From Candidatus Bathyarchaeia archaeon (GTDB lineage Archaea > Thermoproteota > Bathyarchaeia > Bathyarchaeales > Bathycorpusculaceae), in NCBI GenBank assembly GCA_050015395.1, contig JBEKBM010000021.1, positions 1-53,010 of the forward strand: a DNA stretch of 53,010 nt, written 5' to 3'. Shown one piece after another: positions 29,366 through 39,950 of this stretch; position 1 is the first letter of the stretch; every line of letters starts with the position of its first letter. The notes under the pieces were generated by a model. The model had not been told where the DNA came from. It saw only the letters and a list, made by a program, of their open reading frames with translations, and did not search any database. The position numbers and the translations under genes are program-made.

Positions 29366-29954
29366 TCAGGAAGGTAGGGTTACTGTCATTGAACCTTGTG
29401 CTGTGTTAGTTTGGATTGTAATTTCAACTGTTGCACCTGAAACCCAAGGACTCCCAACTCCTTGTGGTAAATTAATTTCAATAACATTAGGTCCAGCCCC
29501 CCCAATGACCACCGCACTAATTGTCATCTGCGAAATACTATCCATATTGACATCAAAAAGTTGAGGAGCAAAATTTCCGTAGTTATTACCTAACACCCCC
29601 ATTGTATAAAATATTGGCACTTGAAATTGTAATATCTACAGGTGAATTAGTACCACAATTCAAACCAACTCGAAATACTGTTCCACCATTTAAAACCCCA
29701 TAATACGGACTTAAAAAAATTGTATACGTAGTTGGCGTAATTTCAGGTGTTGGTGTTGGTATTGATATATAATTGGGTGTTGCTGTTGGCGTTAAAGAAG
29801 TCACTATATTTTTTACAATTTGTTCTTGATGCCAAGCCCAATACGCACCGATTCCAATGATTGAACCAACTACAATAATAACTACAAGAATTATTCCTAT
29901 AATAAGATGCCTAACAAATCTTGCTGTTTTTTCAACTTCTGATTCTTTTGTCAA
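29366..29954 (-). pseudogene. Frameshifted membrane-anchored protein with a pilin-like C-terminal domain
   Basis: ORFs 29586-29954 and 29366-29620 join into one frame if one G is removed from the G5 run at 29596-29600. Confidence 0.6.
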
Positions 29955-30048
29955 TTTTTTGGCTCAATTGTATTCCTATGCTTTACAGATTTAAGACTTA
30001 TCTTTCAAGTTCTTTTGCGTCTCAATCGAATATGGCCAAAACTAACCT

Positions 30049-31083
30049 TTAACCGAACCATTTTTCCAGCGTCATTTTTCCCTTCTGCTTCTTGGAGCCT
30101 TCAAGCATTTTGTCTAAGGATTTTCTGACTCTGTCTTCTGAGAAATCCCTTTGCCTGCATAAGAAGTCAATGACTCCTTCAACGTTTGGTTCTCTCCATT
30201 CTAGCTTATAGTTATCTGTCACCTGCGGATGCAAAAATACTTCTCGTATACAATTTGGCTCAACTGGGAAACTAGCGTTTTTTACGTAAGGCAGCGCGTT
30301 CTCTAATGTTCCATACTGTTTGATTAATTTCAAAGCGGTTTTTGGTCCAAGCCCTTTTATGCCATTTGGGTTGAAGTCTGTGCCAATCAGTATGCCAACA
30401 TCGATTAATTGTTCATAGGTTAAGCCGCACTGGTCTAGCGTTTTGGAAAGCTCAATCACCTCAGGAACAACATCAATGTAGATGTTTTTGCTGGGGAGCT
30501 TCCGTCGGCCAGAAATGGTTACGTTTCTTAGCAGTTTGGGTGCCCCAAAAAGCAAGCTGTCATAGTCTTGGCTTGCACAGTAATCTGCGTCTCCGCGTTT
30601 GGTCATCTGCGCGGCTTGGGCTTCACCTTCGCTTGGCGCCTGAATCCACGGCAACCCCATAAGCTCCAAAAGTTTTCGGCTGTCATCTTGCATGTAATCT
30701 TTCATGCTTGCTGTGGCTTGAGCGAACATCCGCATCTTGGCTATGTCACCTGTTGCCGCTGCTTTCTCATAGTGCACGGCTGCTTCCACCTTGACTTGCC
30801 TGCGCCGCTCAATCTCAGCCGCCTTCAAAGTCGGCGGAATACCATCGAAAACGTAGATGGGCTTTATCCCCATTTCTACAAGGTTACTTGTACGATAGAA
30901 TAAGCCGCTCAGGTGGCTGGTGACTTTTCCAGTGCTGTCTTTTAGCGGCGTACCATCGGGCTGGCGAATAATGGAGAGAAACTGGTAAATCGCGTTATAA
31001 GCATCGATGGCAATGACTTTGCCACCTAAATCTTCCAGCTTAACTGGAGTTTTCGGAACAAGGTCCTTGAAATCTACGCCCAA
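30049..31083 (-). CDS. fen: Flap endonuclease 1
   Basis: IDAYNAIYQFL, SHLSGLFYR, SEGEAQAA, SQDYDSLLFG, GTDFN, PIP box MTLEKWF. Confidence 0.97.
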   Translation of the reverse strand: MGVDFKDLVPKTPVKLEDLGGKVIAIDAYNAIYQFLSIIRQPDGTPLKDSTGKVTSHLSGLFYRTSNLVEMGIKPIYVFDGIPPTLKAAEIERRRQVKVEAAVHYEKAAATGDIAKMRMFAQATASMKDYMQDDSRKLLELMGLPWIQAPSEGEAQAAQMTKRGDADYCASQDYDSLLFGAPKLLRNVTISGRRKLPSKNIYIDVVPEVIELSKTLDQCGLTYEQLIDVGILIGTDFNPNGIKGLGPKTALKLIKQYGTLENALPYVKNASFPVEPNCIREVFLHPQVTDNYKLEWREPNVEGVIDFLCRQRDFSEDRVRKSLDKMLEGSKKQKGKMTLEKWFG

Positions 31084-31177
31084 AACTTATCACAATAAAA
31101 ATAGGCAAGAAACCTTCTTAATAAACTTGCGAATGCCTCTTAAGGTGAAAATTCTCTCTATAAGTCGTGATAAGAAA

Positions 31178-31441
31178 ATGATTCAAGAGGAAAGAAAAGT
31201 CGATTCAAAAGGGCAAGTCGTTATTCCAAGGGCAATGCGAAAAGCCCTGAAAATAGAATCTGGCTCCAAGGTCTTATTCAAACTGGAGGGTGACAAGATA
31301 ATTCTAAAAAGGTATTTTGACGCTGTAGCTGTGTTTGAAAGAATAGCTAAGAGTGGCAAATCAGTTTCCAAAATAGACCCTCACGCAGCATACGAGGAAG
31401 AACTTGAAGAGAGATACAAACGTGCTCTATCTGGACGCTAA
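31178..31441 (+). CDS. AbrB/MazE/SpoVT-type (VapB) antitoxin
   Basis: RKVDSKGQVVIPRAMRKALKI..GSKVLF; ATG at 31178. Confidence 0.85.
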   Translation: MIQEERKVDSKGQVVIPRAMRKALKIESGSKVLFKLEGDKIILKRYFDAVAVFERIAKSGKSVSKIDPHAAYEEELEERYKRALSGR

Positions 31442-31481
31442 CGTTTTCATTTTCACCTCACCTAAAAAGACGCAACACTAA
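31422..31481 (+). pseudogene. Truncated PIN-domain (VapC) toxin remnant
   Basis: GTG overlapping the antitoxin 3' end gives MLYLDANVFIF (typical PIN first strand and catalytic Asp), then a stop after 19 aa. Confidence 0.65.
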
Positions 31482-31558
31482 AGGGCCTAAAGACTCCTCA
31501 TTTTAAGCATAGCAGATATAAGGAAGACTTACAATTAGAAGCGCAAGAGATGTAGATT

Positions 31559-31747
31559 ATGACAGAAAGAGCAACAACACTGTCCTTGGTTACCTGTACA
31601 AGCTGCGGCAAACCAATTCCGCCAGGCAGCGACGCCACAAAATTCCTCTGCCCCAACTGCGGAGAAATCCAGATTAAACGTGATGGAAAATGCCGCAAAT
31701 TCGGCCGCTTATACAAGTGCCCAAAATGCGGATTCACAGGACCATAA
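31559..31747 (+). CDS. Zn-ribbon protein (DUF1610 type) preceding EF-1beta
   Basis: [23 protein letters not shown]. Confidence 0.88.
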   Translation: MTERATTLSLVTCTSCGKPIPPGSDATKFLCPNCGEIQIKRDGKCRKFGRLYKCPKCGFTGP

Positions 31748-31760
31748 AAGGCGATTTAAC

Positions 31761-32036
31761 ATGGGAAGCGTTTTAGTAACATACAAGGTTTTTCCAGAAG
31801 ACATAGTGGAAAACTTTGATGACCTCAAAAATAAAATCCAAAGCATCGCGCCTGAATTCTCAGCAATCGAAGGTTACGGAGAAGAACCCATAGCTTTTGG
31901 ACTTAAAGCGCTGCTTGTTCAAGTTAAGTTCCCAGAGGACAAAACAGGCATAGTTGACGAGTTCGAAGAAAAACTCGCTAAAATTCCAGGGGTCAGCCAA
32001 GCGCAAGCTTTCATGGTGCGTAGAACCAGCAGATAA
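31761..32036 (+). CDS. ef1b: Translation elongation factor 1-beta
   Basis: MGSVLVTYKVFPE, EEPIAFGLKAL; ATG at 31761. Confidence 0.92.
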   Translation: MGSVLVTYKVFPEDIVENFDDLKNKIQSIAPEFSAIEGYGEEPIAFGLKALLVQVKFPEDKTGIVDEFEEKLAKIPGVSQAQAFMVRRTSR

Positions 32037-32182
32037 AACGCTTACGGCTGTTTTGACAAAAGCCCATCAATCTTCACTATTGAGCACCTGAAAGTCTCAA
32101 CCGTTACGCTTTAAAGTTTATATAGTCATAAAGGTTCTTTCAAACATGTATCTTTAGCATCAGATTATTTGGAGGATTCTGT

Positions 32183-34378
32183 TTGAGCGAAGTTCAATTA
32201 CGTGTCGGAGACGCAAGGCAAAGAGATGTGGGCAGAGGAATCGCCCGCATAGACCAGCGAACTATGCAAAAACTAGGCATAAGCGCTGGAGACGTAATAG
32301 AAATTATAAACAAACGCACAACGTCAGCCATTGCTTGGCCAGCCTACAGTGAAGACCAAAACCGTGATATCATCCGCATCGACGGTTTCACACGCAAAAA
32401 CTCTGGCGTAGCCATAAACGAATACGTTGTCGTGAAACCAGCAAAAGTCAAAACAGCCTTGAGTATAACGCTTGCTCCAGTTGATATGCGGCTAAATGTT
32501 GACGAAGACTTCACTAACTTTGTTAAAAACCGCCTCATGGAACGTACCCTCGTGGAGGGCGATACAACCCTGGTAATGATGCTGGGACACGCCATTCCAT
32601 TTACAGTCTCAAAAAACCGACCCCACGGCATAATAAAAGTAACAGCCGAAACGCGCTTAACCATTCTAAACGAGCCAGCACCTGAAGGCAAAGGCTTACC
32701 TAGAACTACGTATGAAGACATCGGCGGCTTACATGAAGAAATTCAACGTGTTCGCGAAATGGTCGAACTGCCACTCCGTCACCCAGAACTCTTCCAACGC
32801 TTAGGAATAGAACCGCCAAAAGGTGTACTGCTTCATGGCCCACCAGGCTGCGGCAAAACACTATTAGCCCGAGCGGTCGCTAACGAGTCAGAAGCTAACT
32901 TCTACTCCATTAACGGTCCAGAAATCATGAGCAAATTCTACGGAGAATCTGAAGCTCGTTTGCGAGAGATTTTCCAGCAAGCCCAGCAGAACGCTCCGAG
33001 CATAATATTCGTCGATGAGCTTGACGCCATAGCGCCTAAACGGGAGGAGGTTACAGGCGAAGTTGAAAGGCGCGTAGTTGCACAACTCCTCGCGTTAATG
33101 GATGGTTTAAGCGGAAGAGGAAACGTCATAGTCATCGGTGCAACCAACCGTCCAGGCGCACTTGACCCTGCACTGCGCAGACCCGGACGATTCGACCGAG
33201 AAATAGAAATCGGCGTACCTGACAGAAAGGGAAGATACGAAGTCCTCCAAATACACACAAGAGGAATGCCCCTAGTCCCCTACAAAGAAGGAGAAAAAGG
33301 CGAAGGAGTCAACCTTGACCGCCTCGCCGACATGACACACGGTTATACAGGAGCCGACTTATCCGCACTGGGCAGAGAAACAGCCATGAAAGCGTTACGC
33401 AGATACCTACCGCAGATTAACCTTGAAGAAGAACGCATTCCACCAGCCGTGCTTGAAAAGATGGAAGTGCAAATGAGTGATTTTGACAACGCGTACAAAG
33501 AAATTACACCAACAGCCATGCGAGAGGTGTACATTGAAGTTCCCACTGTCCATTGGGACGACGTAGGCGGACTTGAAAACGTAAAACAGCACCTCATAGA
33601 AGCCGTGGAGTGGCCATTGAAGACCCCAGAAGTGTTCACTAAGCTTGGAATTAGACCGCCAAAAGGCATACTTCTTTATGGTCCTCCAGGCTGCGGCAAA
33701 ACACTGTTAGCCAGAGCGGTCGCGACAGAAAGCGAAGCCAACTTCATATCAATTAAAGGGCCTGAAGTCTTCTCTAAATGGGTTGGAGAATCAGAAAAAG
33801 CTATACGTGAAATATTCCGCAAAGCCCGTATGGCAGCGCCTTCAGTGGTATTCTTAGATGAAATCGACTCGATTACGCCTAGACGTGGTATGGGGATGTC
33901 TGACAGCGGTGTTTCAGAACGAGTCATAAGTCAACTTCTAACAGAAATGGATGGCATAGTAACATTACAAGACATTGTTATTATAGCTGCCACCAACCGT
34001 CCTGACATGGTGGATCCCGCCGTTCTGCGCCCTGGAAGATTTGACAGATTAATTTATGTGCCTGAACCAGATGATAAGGGTCGCTTGCAAATACTCAAAA
34101 TCTACACGAAAGGGATGCCAATCAGCAAAGATGTTGATTTAAACCAGTTGACAATAATGACTAAGTACTATGGCGGCGCTGACATAGAATCCTTATGCAG
34201 AGAAGCCGCAATGCACGCTTTGAGAATAGACGTGAAAGCCGGCGAAGTCACCATGAAAGATTTCCAGGATGCGTTGAAAGAAATGGGTCCATCAGTAACT
34301 CCTGACATGGAGAAATGGTACAAGAGCTTCATGCAGCAAATCCGACAAGTACAAAAACCAGCAACACCAGTTGCTTAG
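32183..34378 (+). CDS. cdc48: CDC48/VCP-family AAA+ ATPase
   Basis: N-domain plus two AAA modules (GPPGCGKT twice; FVDELD and FLDEID; RPGRFDR). Confidence 0.97.
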   Translation: MSEVQLRVGDARQRDVGRGIARIDQRTMQKLGISAGDVIEIINKRTTSAIAWPAYSEDQNRDIIRIDGFTRKNSGVAINEYVVVKPAKVKTALSITLAPVDMRLNVDEDFTNFVKNRLMERTLVEGDTTLVMMLGHAIPFTVSKNRPHGIIKVTAETRLTILNEPAPEGKGLPRTTYEDIGGLHEEIQRVREMVELPLRHPELFQRLGIEPPKGVLLHGPPGCGKTLLARAVANESEANFYSINGPEIMSKFYGESEARLREIFQQAQQNAPSIIFVDELDAIAPKREEVTGEVERRVVAQLLALMDGLSGRGNVIVIGATNRPGALDPALRRPGRFDREIEIGVPDRKGRYEVLQIHTRGMPLVPYKEGEKGEGVNLDRLADMTHGYTGADLSALGRETAMKALRRYLPQINLEEERIPPAVLEKMEVQMSDFDNAYKEITPTAMREVYIEVPTVHWDDVGGLENVKQHLIEAVEWPLKTPEVFTKLGIRPPKGILLYGPPGCGKTLLARAVATESEANFISIKGPEVFSKWVGESEKAIREIFRKARMAAPSVVFLDEIDSITPRRGMGMSDSGVSERVISQLLTEMDGIVTLQDIVIIAATNRPDMVDPAVLRPGRFDRLIYVPEPDDKGRLQILKIYTKGMPISKDVDLNQLTIMTKYYGGADIESLCREAAMHALRIDVKAGEVTMKDFQDALKEMGPSVTPDMEKWYKSFMQQIRQVQKPATPVA

Positions 34379-34389
34379 AAGGAAAACGT

Positions 34390-34620
34390 ATGCCTCAGAT
34401 AAAAACTTGGAAAACCCGCCCAGCTTACTTCTTTATGTTGGAAGTTCTCACTAAAAAGGGCGACTTGACCGATGATGAGCTCTTTGGACAGTTGAAAGGA
34501 GAGTTTGACGATTTAGGCTACAAAGACTTCAATGATTTGCTACTAAAGCTGGAGGTAAGCGGTAAAATCCGCACTTCTTCAATGGCGCGTGGAAAACGCC
34601 GAATTGAACTAGTCCATTAA
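34390..34620 (+). CDS. Small winged-helix protein downstream of cdc48
   Basis: ATG at 34390; LTDDELFGQL...FNDLLLKLEVSGKIR wHTH pattern. Confidence 0.7.
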   Translation: MPQIKTWKTRPAYFFMLEVLTKKGDLTDDELFGQLKGEFDDLGYKDFNDLLLKLEVSGKIRTSSMARGKRRIELVH

Positions 34621-34624
34621 CATA

Positions 34625-35878
34625 ATGATGATGAAGCACACAGTGCAACCAACAGGCAATACTCCAGATGCCATAATTATCGGAGGCGGACCTGCTGGTT
34701 CATATGCCGCATTAAACTTGGCTAAACTAGGCGTTAAAGTCACCGTTTTTGAAGAGCACCCTGAAATTGGGTTACCTTCCCATTGCGCGGGGCACCTGAG
34801 CATTCGAAGCTTAAGCACCATGGGTTTGTATCCGCTTCCAGAGGGGATTGTTGAAAACACTTTTAGCATCGCCAACTTTTATTCGCCCGCTGGCACCAAG
34901 TTTTCACTTCACCTTTCCCGTCCAGTAACTGCTGCTGTGAACAGGTCACGTTTTGACCAGTACTTGGCGGGGCAAGCAGAAACGGCTGGTGCACGTTTCG
35001 TCTTAAACGCCCGTGTCCAATCCTTGATTATATCGGATGGCTATGTCGAAGGTGTAAATATCCAAAGAAACGGTGTAAAAGAAGAGAAAGCTTATTCTAA
35101 AATTACCTTGGATGCGGAAGGCGTCTCTTCTAGGCTTTTGAGGCAAGCAGGTTTAACGGCGCTTAAGCCAAAAAGGCTCGTCTATGCGGTTGAAGCTGAA
35201 GTAGAAAACGTACAAGACGTTGAGCGTGATGCGGTTGAAGTTTACTTAGGCAAGAATTACGCGCCTGGCTTTTACGGATGGCTTATTCCAAGGCTTGATG
35301 GAACTGCAAAGGTTGGGTTGGCAACAAACAAGGGAAACCCCCGTGAATTCCTGCATCAGCTAATGTCTAAGCATCCAGTTGCGGCTAAACAGCTTGGCAA
35401 AGCCAAAATAACACAAATCAACTATCACGCCATATCTTTGGGCGGTCCAATCAACAGGGCTTATGCGAACGGGTTTCTTGCTGTAGGCGACTGCGCTTCA
35501 CAAGTTAAACCGACCACTGGCGGCGGAGTAATTTTCGGGTTAACATGCGCCAAAATCGCGGCGGAAACTGCTAGCGAAGCCATAAAGCAAGGTGATGTTT
35601 CCTCTGGTTTTTTGCGGATTTATCAGAAGCGCTGTTCTGACTTGTTGAGTTTTGATTTTAGTGTTATGCTTAGACTTAGACGGTTTCTTGATTCTCTGTC
35701 AGACGATAAAGTGGATGAGGTCTTGCGGATCTGCAGAAAGTTGGGCGTGGATAAAGCATTAAGCGATGTGGATGAAATCGACTTTCAAGGAAAGCTCATG
35801 CTTAAAGTTTTAGGGAAACCTTCAATGCTGGCAGCTATGGCTTACTTTGTTATGCTTTACTTGTCTGCAAACACTTAA
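34625..35878 (+). CDS. Geranylgeranyl reductase family FAD oxidoreductase
   Basis: IIGGGPAGS, PSHCAG, APGFYGWLIP, VGDCASQVKPTTGGG. Confidence 0.88.
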   Translation: MMMKHTVQPTGNTPDAIIIGGGPAGSYAALNLAKLGVKVTVFEEHPEIGLPSHCAGHLSIRSLSTMGLYPLPEGIVENTFSIANFYSPAGTKFSLHLSRPVTAAVNRSRFDQYLAGQAETAGARFVLNARVQSLIISDGYVEGVNIQRNGVKEEKAYSKITLDAEGVSSRLLRQAGLTALKPKRLVYAVEAEVENVQDVERDAVEVYLGKNYAPGFYGWLIPRLDGTAKVGLATNKGNPREFLHQLMSKHPVAAKQLGKAKITQINYHAISLGGPINRAYANGFLAVGDCASQVKPTTGGGVIFGLTCAKIAAETASEAIKQGDVSSGFLRIYQKRCSDLLSFDFSVMLRLRRFLDSLSDDKVDEVLRICRKLGVDKALSDVDEIDFQGKLMLKVLGKPSMLAAMAYFVMLYLSANT

Positions 35879-35916
35879 AATCTTGGATGCTAAACATAGA
35901 GGCGGGATAAAAGAGA

Positions 35917-36279
35917 ATGGGCGAATTTGAATACAAGCAGGTTCTCGTGTTTCGCACGGATTTGAAGATGGGTAAAGGCAAAATTGCAGCGCAAGCTGGG
36001 CACGCGGCGGTTTCAGCTGCTCAAGATGCTTATACGCATCATAAGAAGTGGTGGGAAGCTTGGCTTTACGAGGGGCAACGGAAAATCGCTGTTAAGGTTC
36101 CAAGTGAAAAGGAGCTTCATGAATTGGAAGAGGCTGCAGGCCAGTTGGGTTTGCCGCATGCATTGATTGTTGATAGGGGTTTAACGCAGATTCCTGAGGG
36201 CACGGTGACATGTTTAGGGATTGGTCCTGCCCCAGCGGGAATGGTTGATAGGTTAACTGGTAAGCTTAAGTTATTCTAG
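35917..36279 (+). CDS. pth2: Peptidyl-tRNA hydrolase Pth2
   Basis: DLKMGKGKIAAQAGHA, GQRKIA, DRGLTQI, GIGPAP. Confidence 0.96.
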   Translation: MGEFEYKQVLVFRTDLKMGKGKIAAQAGHAAVSAAQDAYTHHKKWWEAWLYEGQRKIAVKVPSEKELHELEEAAGQLGLPHALIVDRGLTQIPEGTVTCLGIGPAPAGMVDRLTGKLKLF

Positions 36280-36283
36280 GCGA

Positions 36284-37663
36284 GTGGTTTTGCCTGTGTC
36301 GGCGCTCGATAAACAGCTAGGCATCGAAGTTTACGCTAGCAGAAGCTTGGGTATCGGGGGCGTCATCCGTGAAGATGTTGACGACTTTGTGGTGGAAGAA
36401 GTTCTTGTTGACGGCTCAAAAGCATCTGTGAACGGGGCTGTTGCAGGCAGGATTTTAGGTTCTACTCTTCAAAAGCAAAGGTATTTGCTGTGCGTTTTGG
36501 TGAAGCGCAACTGGGACACGTTCATAGCCGTCAAAAACGTTGCTAAACAACTTGGCGTTGACCAGAGGCGCGTCCAGATTGCGGGCATTAAAGACGCAAA
36601 AGCCGTGACAGCTCAGCACTTGACGATTGAGGATGGCTTGATAGAGGATGCTTCAAAAGTTAATGTTAAAGATATCCAAATCTACCCTGTAGGCTATCTT
36701 CGTGAGGCTCTTTCATTATTTTACCTGCTTGGCAACATCTTCACAATAAAAATCAAAGCCATAAAATTCAGGGAAACAACCGTTGAAACAAGAATTTCTC
36801 AAACCCTTGAGGAGCTTGAAGCTTTAGGTGGCATTCCAAACTTTTTTGGGCATCAGCGCTTCGGAACTACCCGTCCCATAACACATTTGGTTGGAAAAGC
36901 TCTGGTTAGAGGCAGTTTTGAGGAGGCAGCAATGCTTTTTTTGGCTAAACCAAGCGTTCACGAGCATCCAGCCTCAAGACAAGCACGCCAAGAACTCCAA
37001 TCAACAAAAAATTTCAAACAAGCACTGGAAAATTTTCCTAAGCAACTCCGTTTTGAAAGGTTAATGCTGAATCACTTAGCCGATAAACCAGATGATTTCA
37101 TTGGCGCTTTTCAAAGGTTGCCTGTTAAGCTTCAAGAACTTTTTGTTCAAGCGCATCAGTCTTACATTTTTAATCGTTTCCTCAGCGAGCGGATTAAGCA
37201 TGGTTACTCTTTGAACAAGGCTGAGGTTGGCGATTTCGTGGTTGCTGTTGAGCGTTCTGGATTGCCCTTGACTAGCATGGCAAAAAATGTAACCGCGGAA
37301 ACCCTTGATAGTGTTAATGAGCAGATTAAGGTTGGAAAACTGCGGGTTGCTTTACCTATTGTTGGATTAAGGCAGAAGCTCTCTCAAGGGGTCATGGGGC
37401 AAATAGAAAAAAAGGTTCTTGAGGAAGAAGAAATCAATTTTGGGAACCTGCGAATTAACGCGTTATCAAGAATTGGCGGCAAAGGCGGCTTGCGAACGGC
37501 AGTTACTCCAATCAGAGATTTTAAGCTGCAAAATGTTTTAGCAAATGCAGGGGGCAAAGACTGCCAAGCTGAGTTAAGCTTCATGCTGCTCAGAGGTTCC
37601 TATGCAACAGTGGTTCTCAGGGAAATAATGAAACCAAAAAGTCCCATAACTGCGGGTTTCTGA
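36284..37663 (+). CDS. truD: tRNA pseudouridine(13) synthase TruD
   Basis: DFVVEE, AGIKDAKAVTAQ, PNFFGHQRFG, QSYIFN, GSYATVVLRE. Confidence 0.95.
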   Translation: MVLPVSALDKQLGIEVYASRSLGIGGVIREDVDDFVVEEVLVDGSKASVNGAVAGRILGSTLQKQRYLLCVLVKRNWDTFIAVKNVAKQLGVDQRRVQIAGIKDAKAVTAQHLTIEDGLIEDASKVNVKDIQIYPVGYLREALSLFYLLGNIFTIKIKAIKFRETTVETRISQTLEELEALGGIPNFFGHQRFGTTRPITHLVGKALVRGSFEEAAMLFLAKPSVHEHPASRQARQELQSTKNFKQALENFPKQLRFERLMLNHLADKPDDFIGAFQRLPVKLQELFVQAHQSYIFNRFLSERIKHGYSLNKAEVGDFVVAVERSGLPLTSMAKNVTAETLDSVNEQIKVGKLRVALPIVGLRQKLSQGVMGQIEKKVLEEEEINFGNLRINALSRIGGKGGLRTAVTPIRDFKLQNVLANAGGKDCQAELSFMLLRGSYATVVLREIMKPKSPITAGF

Positions 37664-37724
37664 GGGACAGCAAAAACGCTGATAAGGAAGCGTTAGTTCA
37701 CTATTTTTAGGAAGCTCATTTTCC

Positions 37725-38288
37725 ATGGAAGATAAGCCTCAACAGCAATGCGTCATACCAATTCATAAACCGAGTCTTAGAGAATTAATCTTCTTTTTCT
37801 TATCTGGAATCCTAGTGAGTATTCCGTTTGCTTTGTTTTTTTCGAACTTTTACCCGCTTTTTCCCGGAGCTTTAGCGGTTATTTTAGTAGCTCCTTTCGT
37901 AGAGGAGTTAGCGAAAGTTTTCCCATTATTCTATAGGCATGGGGAAACCGAAAGGTCACTTGTAACTTTAGGTATTCTGATTGGGTTAGGTTTCGGTATT
38001 TCCGAATTCTTTTTGTATGTTTTCATTTATGATGTACCTTGGATTGTTAGAATCCCAGGCGTTATTTTTCATGCTTCAAGCGCGGCTATAACTGCTTACG
38101 GTATCGCTAAGAAAAAACCTCTACCCTACTACCTGACGTCTGTACTGCTTCATGCTACAAACAACTTTTTTGCTTTGGAAGCTGCGGTGAATTTTGGTGT
38201 ATTAGCTGAATTGATAGTTTTAATCACTGTTTATCTTCTTGCTTGGCACTTTTATCATCAGGCTTCAAACGAAAAAATGGTCGTTTAA
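37725..38288 (+). CDS. PrsW-family intramembrane metalloprotease
   Basis: APFVEELAK, GLGFGISE, FHA, LLHATNN. Confidence 0.85.
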   Translation: MEDKPQQQCVIPIHKPSLRELIFFFLSGILVSIPFALFFSNFYPLFPGALAVILVAPFVEELAKVFPLFYRHGETERSLVTLGILIGLGFGISEFFLYVFIYDVPWIVRIPGVIFHASSAAITAYGIAKKKPLPYYLTSVLLHATNNFFALEAAVNFGVLAELIVLITVYLLAWHFYHQASNEKMVV

Positions 38289-38812
38289 GAAACCCTGTCT
38301 GTTCTAGCTAAATCTCTAAGCCTGTTAACCCCATCTATCTCATTAATGAATTCAGCGACGCTTTTAGGAACAAGATCCGTCCAGCTGTCATCTTGGAGCA
38401 TTTTTTCTCTAATGATAGTTGACACGTATTGTTTCCTATCAAAGAATGGAATGTTTTTGACTTGATAACCTGCTTCCATGAAAAGCCTTCGTGTCAACGG
38501 CTCATTAGAATAACAAACATTAAACTTTGGAGTGTAACCTTCCAACGCGCTAACCCATAACATATGCAAGTGGACATCTGGAACTGGAACAATCCAAAGC
38601 TTAGAATAATCCACTTTAGCCTCTTGCAAAGTACGGCGAATCATAACTAATCTTTCGCCCGCTGTAAACGGGTTATTGGAGTTATGGCTGTACTGAGCGC
38701 TACCAATAACTATGACGAGTTCATCAACTTCTTTTAAAACTGCCTTGATAGCGCCAAGGTGACCTAAATGGAAAGGCTGAAATCTACCAACGTAAAGACC
38801 TCGATTAACCAA
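38285..38812 (-). CDS. nadM: Nicotinamide-nucleotide adenylyltransferase
   Basis: GRFQPFHLGH, GSAQYSH, NPFTAGER. Confidence 0.93.
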   Translation of the reverse strand: MVNRGLYVGRFQPFHLGHLGAIKAVLKEVDELVIVIGSAQYSHNSNNPFTAGERLVMIRRTLQEAKVDYSKLWIVPVPDVHLHMLWVSALEGYTPKFNVCYSNEPLTRRLFMEAGYQVKNIPFFDRKQYVSTIIREKMLQDDSWTDLVPKSVAEFINEIDGVNRLRDLARTDRVS

Positions 38813-39050
38813 CGGTGCTTCCTCGCCTTTGAGGTTAAGTTCGCATGCTTTTATGATTTGCGTTAAAGGGTTCTGTGAAGTCTTCGGTTGAAATAGGGTT
38901 CATGTGAAATTTCGGTTGATTATTTGTAGAATACATGCTAATAAGTCTTTTATTGTAAGAAAATGCGTGTTTCTAACTAAGTCAAGAAATCTTGTGCCAA
39001 GAAATTTTTACAAGAACCCTTTTATCGTCAAACCGTCTCTAAGACTAAGT

Positions 39051-39839
39051 ATGGGTAGTATCAGCAAGAGTTTCTCATTAGTTCTTATTGTTCTCTTAGC
39101 CGTATCAAGTTTAATGATGGCTAAACCAGCATTTGCTCAGACACCGCCCACTCCGGTTTTTAATGTAAGCACTATCACCGGCTCTTATACGGTGCCTACA
39201 ACTTATTCGACTAACCCGTACACTGGCGCAAAAGTTACCACGCAGGGCTATACCGTCACTTACTTCAACATTACCTTTACTATTCAAAATCCACCATTCT
39301 TTACTGTTCAAAATCCGCCAATCACTTCATCTTACATGTCATATTATTATGTGTTGGAGTACAAAGGTCACTACACTTCACAGTGGACTCCTCTCGTGGA
39401 AGTTGATTCCAACATAACTATATTTGCGTCCTCTGGGTCTCAAACAGTTTTAACGCTCTCGGGTAACCCTAGTTCTAACTCAATAACACTGCAATATGTT
39501 AATGCTCCATATCCTAATGCTGATAGTGGGTTAATAATCGTTCCCTTAGGCGGTAAAGTAGATTTTCGATTGCAGGCAGTAAGCAGCAATGGTGCGTTTA
39601 TACCCAATTATTCTTACTTAGTGCAAGGTAATGTAAGTGCTTTCAGTGCGGTGCAAACTGTGACGATACCCAATAATTTTACCTCCACATCAGCTTCACC
39701 AAGCCCAACTTCTACCTCAACACCAACGCCTACCGTTCCAGAATTTCCAACATGGATAATTCTGCCACTGTTTGCAGTAATAATACTACTATCAACTGTA
39801 TTTTTCAGAAAGAGAATACCTAAAAAAATAGCTTCTTAG
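39051..39839 (+). CDS. Surface glycoprotein with PEF-CTERM sorting signal
   Basis: Signal peptide from ATG at 39051, S/T/P linker, VPEFP + TM + RKR; internal near-perfect 24-bp duplication (FTIQNPPF/FTVQNPP). Confidence 0.8.
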   Translation: MGSISKSFSLVLIVLLAVSSLMMAKPAFAQTPPTPVFNVSTITGSYTVPTTYSTNPYTGAKVTTQGYTVTYFNITFTIQNPPFFTVQNPPITSSYMSYYYVLEYKGHYTSQWTPLVEVDSNITIFASSGSQTVLTLSGNPSSNSITLQYVNAPYPNADSGLIIVPLGGKVDFRLQAVSSNGAFIPNYSYLVQGNVSAFSAVQTVTIPNNFTSTSASPSPTSTSTPTPTVPEFPTWIILPLFAVIILLSTVFFRKRIPKKIAS

Positions 39840-39950
39840 ATTCAAGATTTTTTGCTTGCATTTTCTGTCAGAGTTTTCCATTTGTTTTGTCCTTCTATGG
39901 TTATTCCGCATGCTTCGCTTGGATTTTTTCCGTCTACAAAAAAAGTCTGG

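Noticed and set aside
32344-33927. Several antisense ORFs over cdc48 (similar ones lie over ilvE, proS, aor, the ABC genes, nadC and rlmE)
   Set aside because: Shadow ORFs of conserved genes with no independent motifs
38904-39050. N-terminal extensions in the ORF track (also 40815, 31007, 31680, 34315, 19725, 21064)
   Set aside because: They run through promoter regions or neighbouring genes; downstream starts fit the family N-termini and RBS positions better
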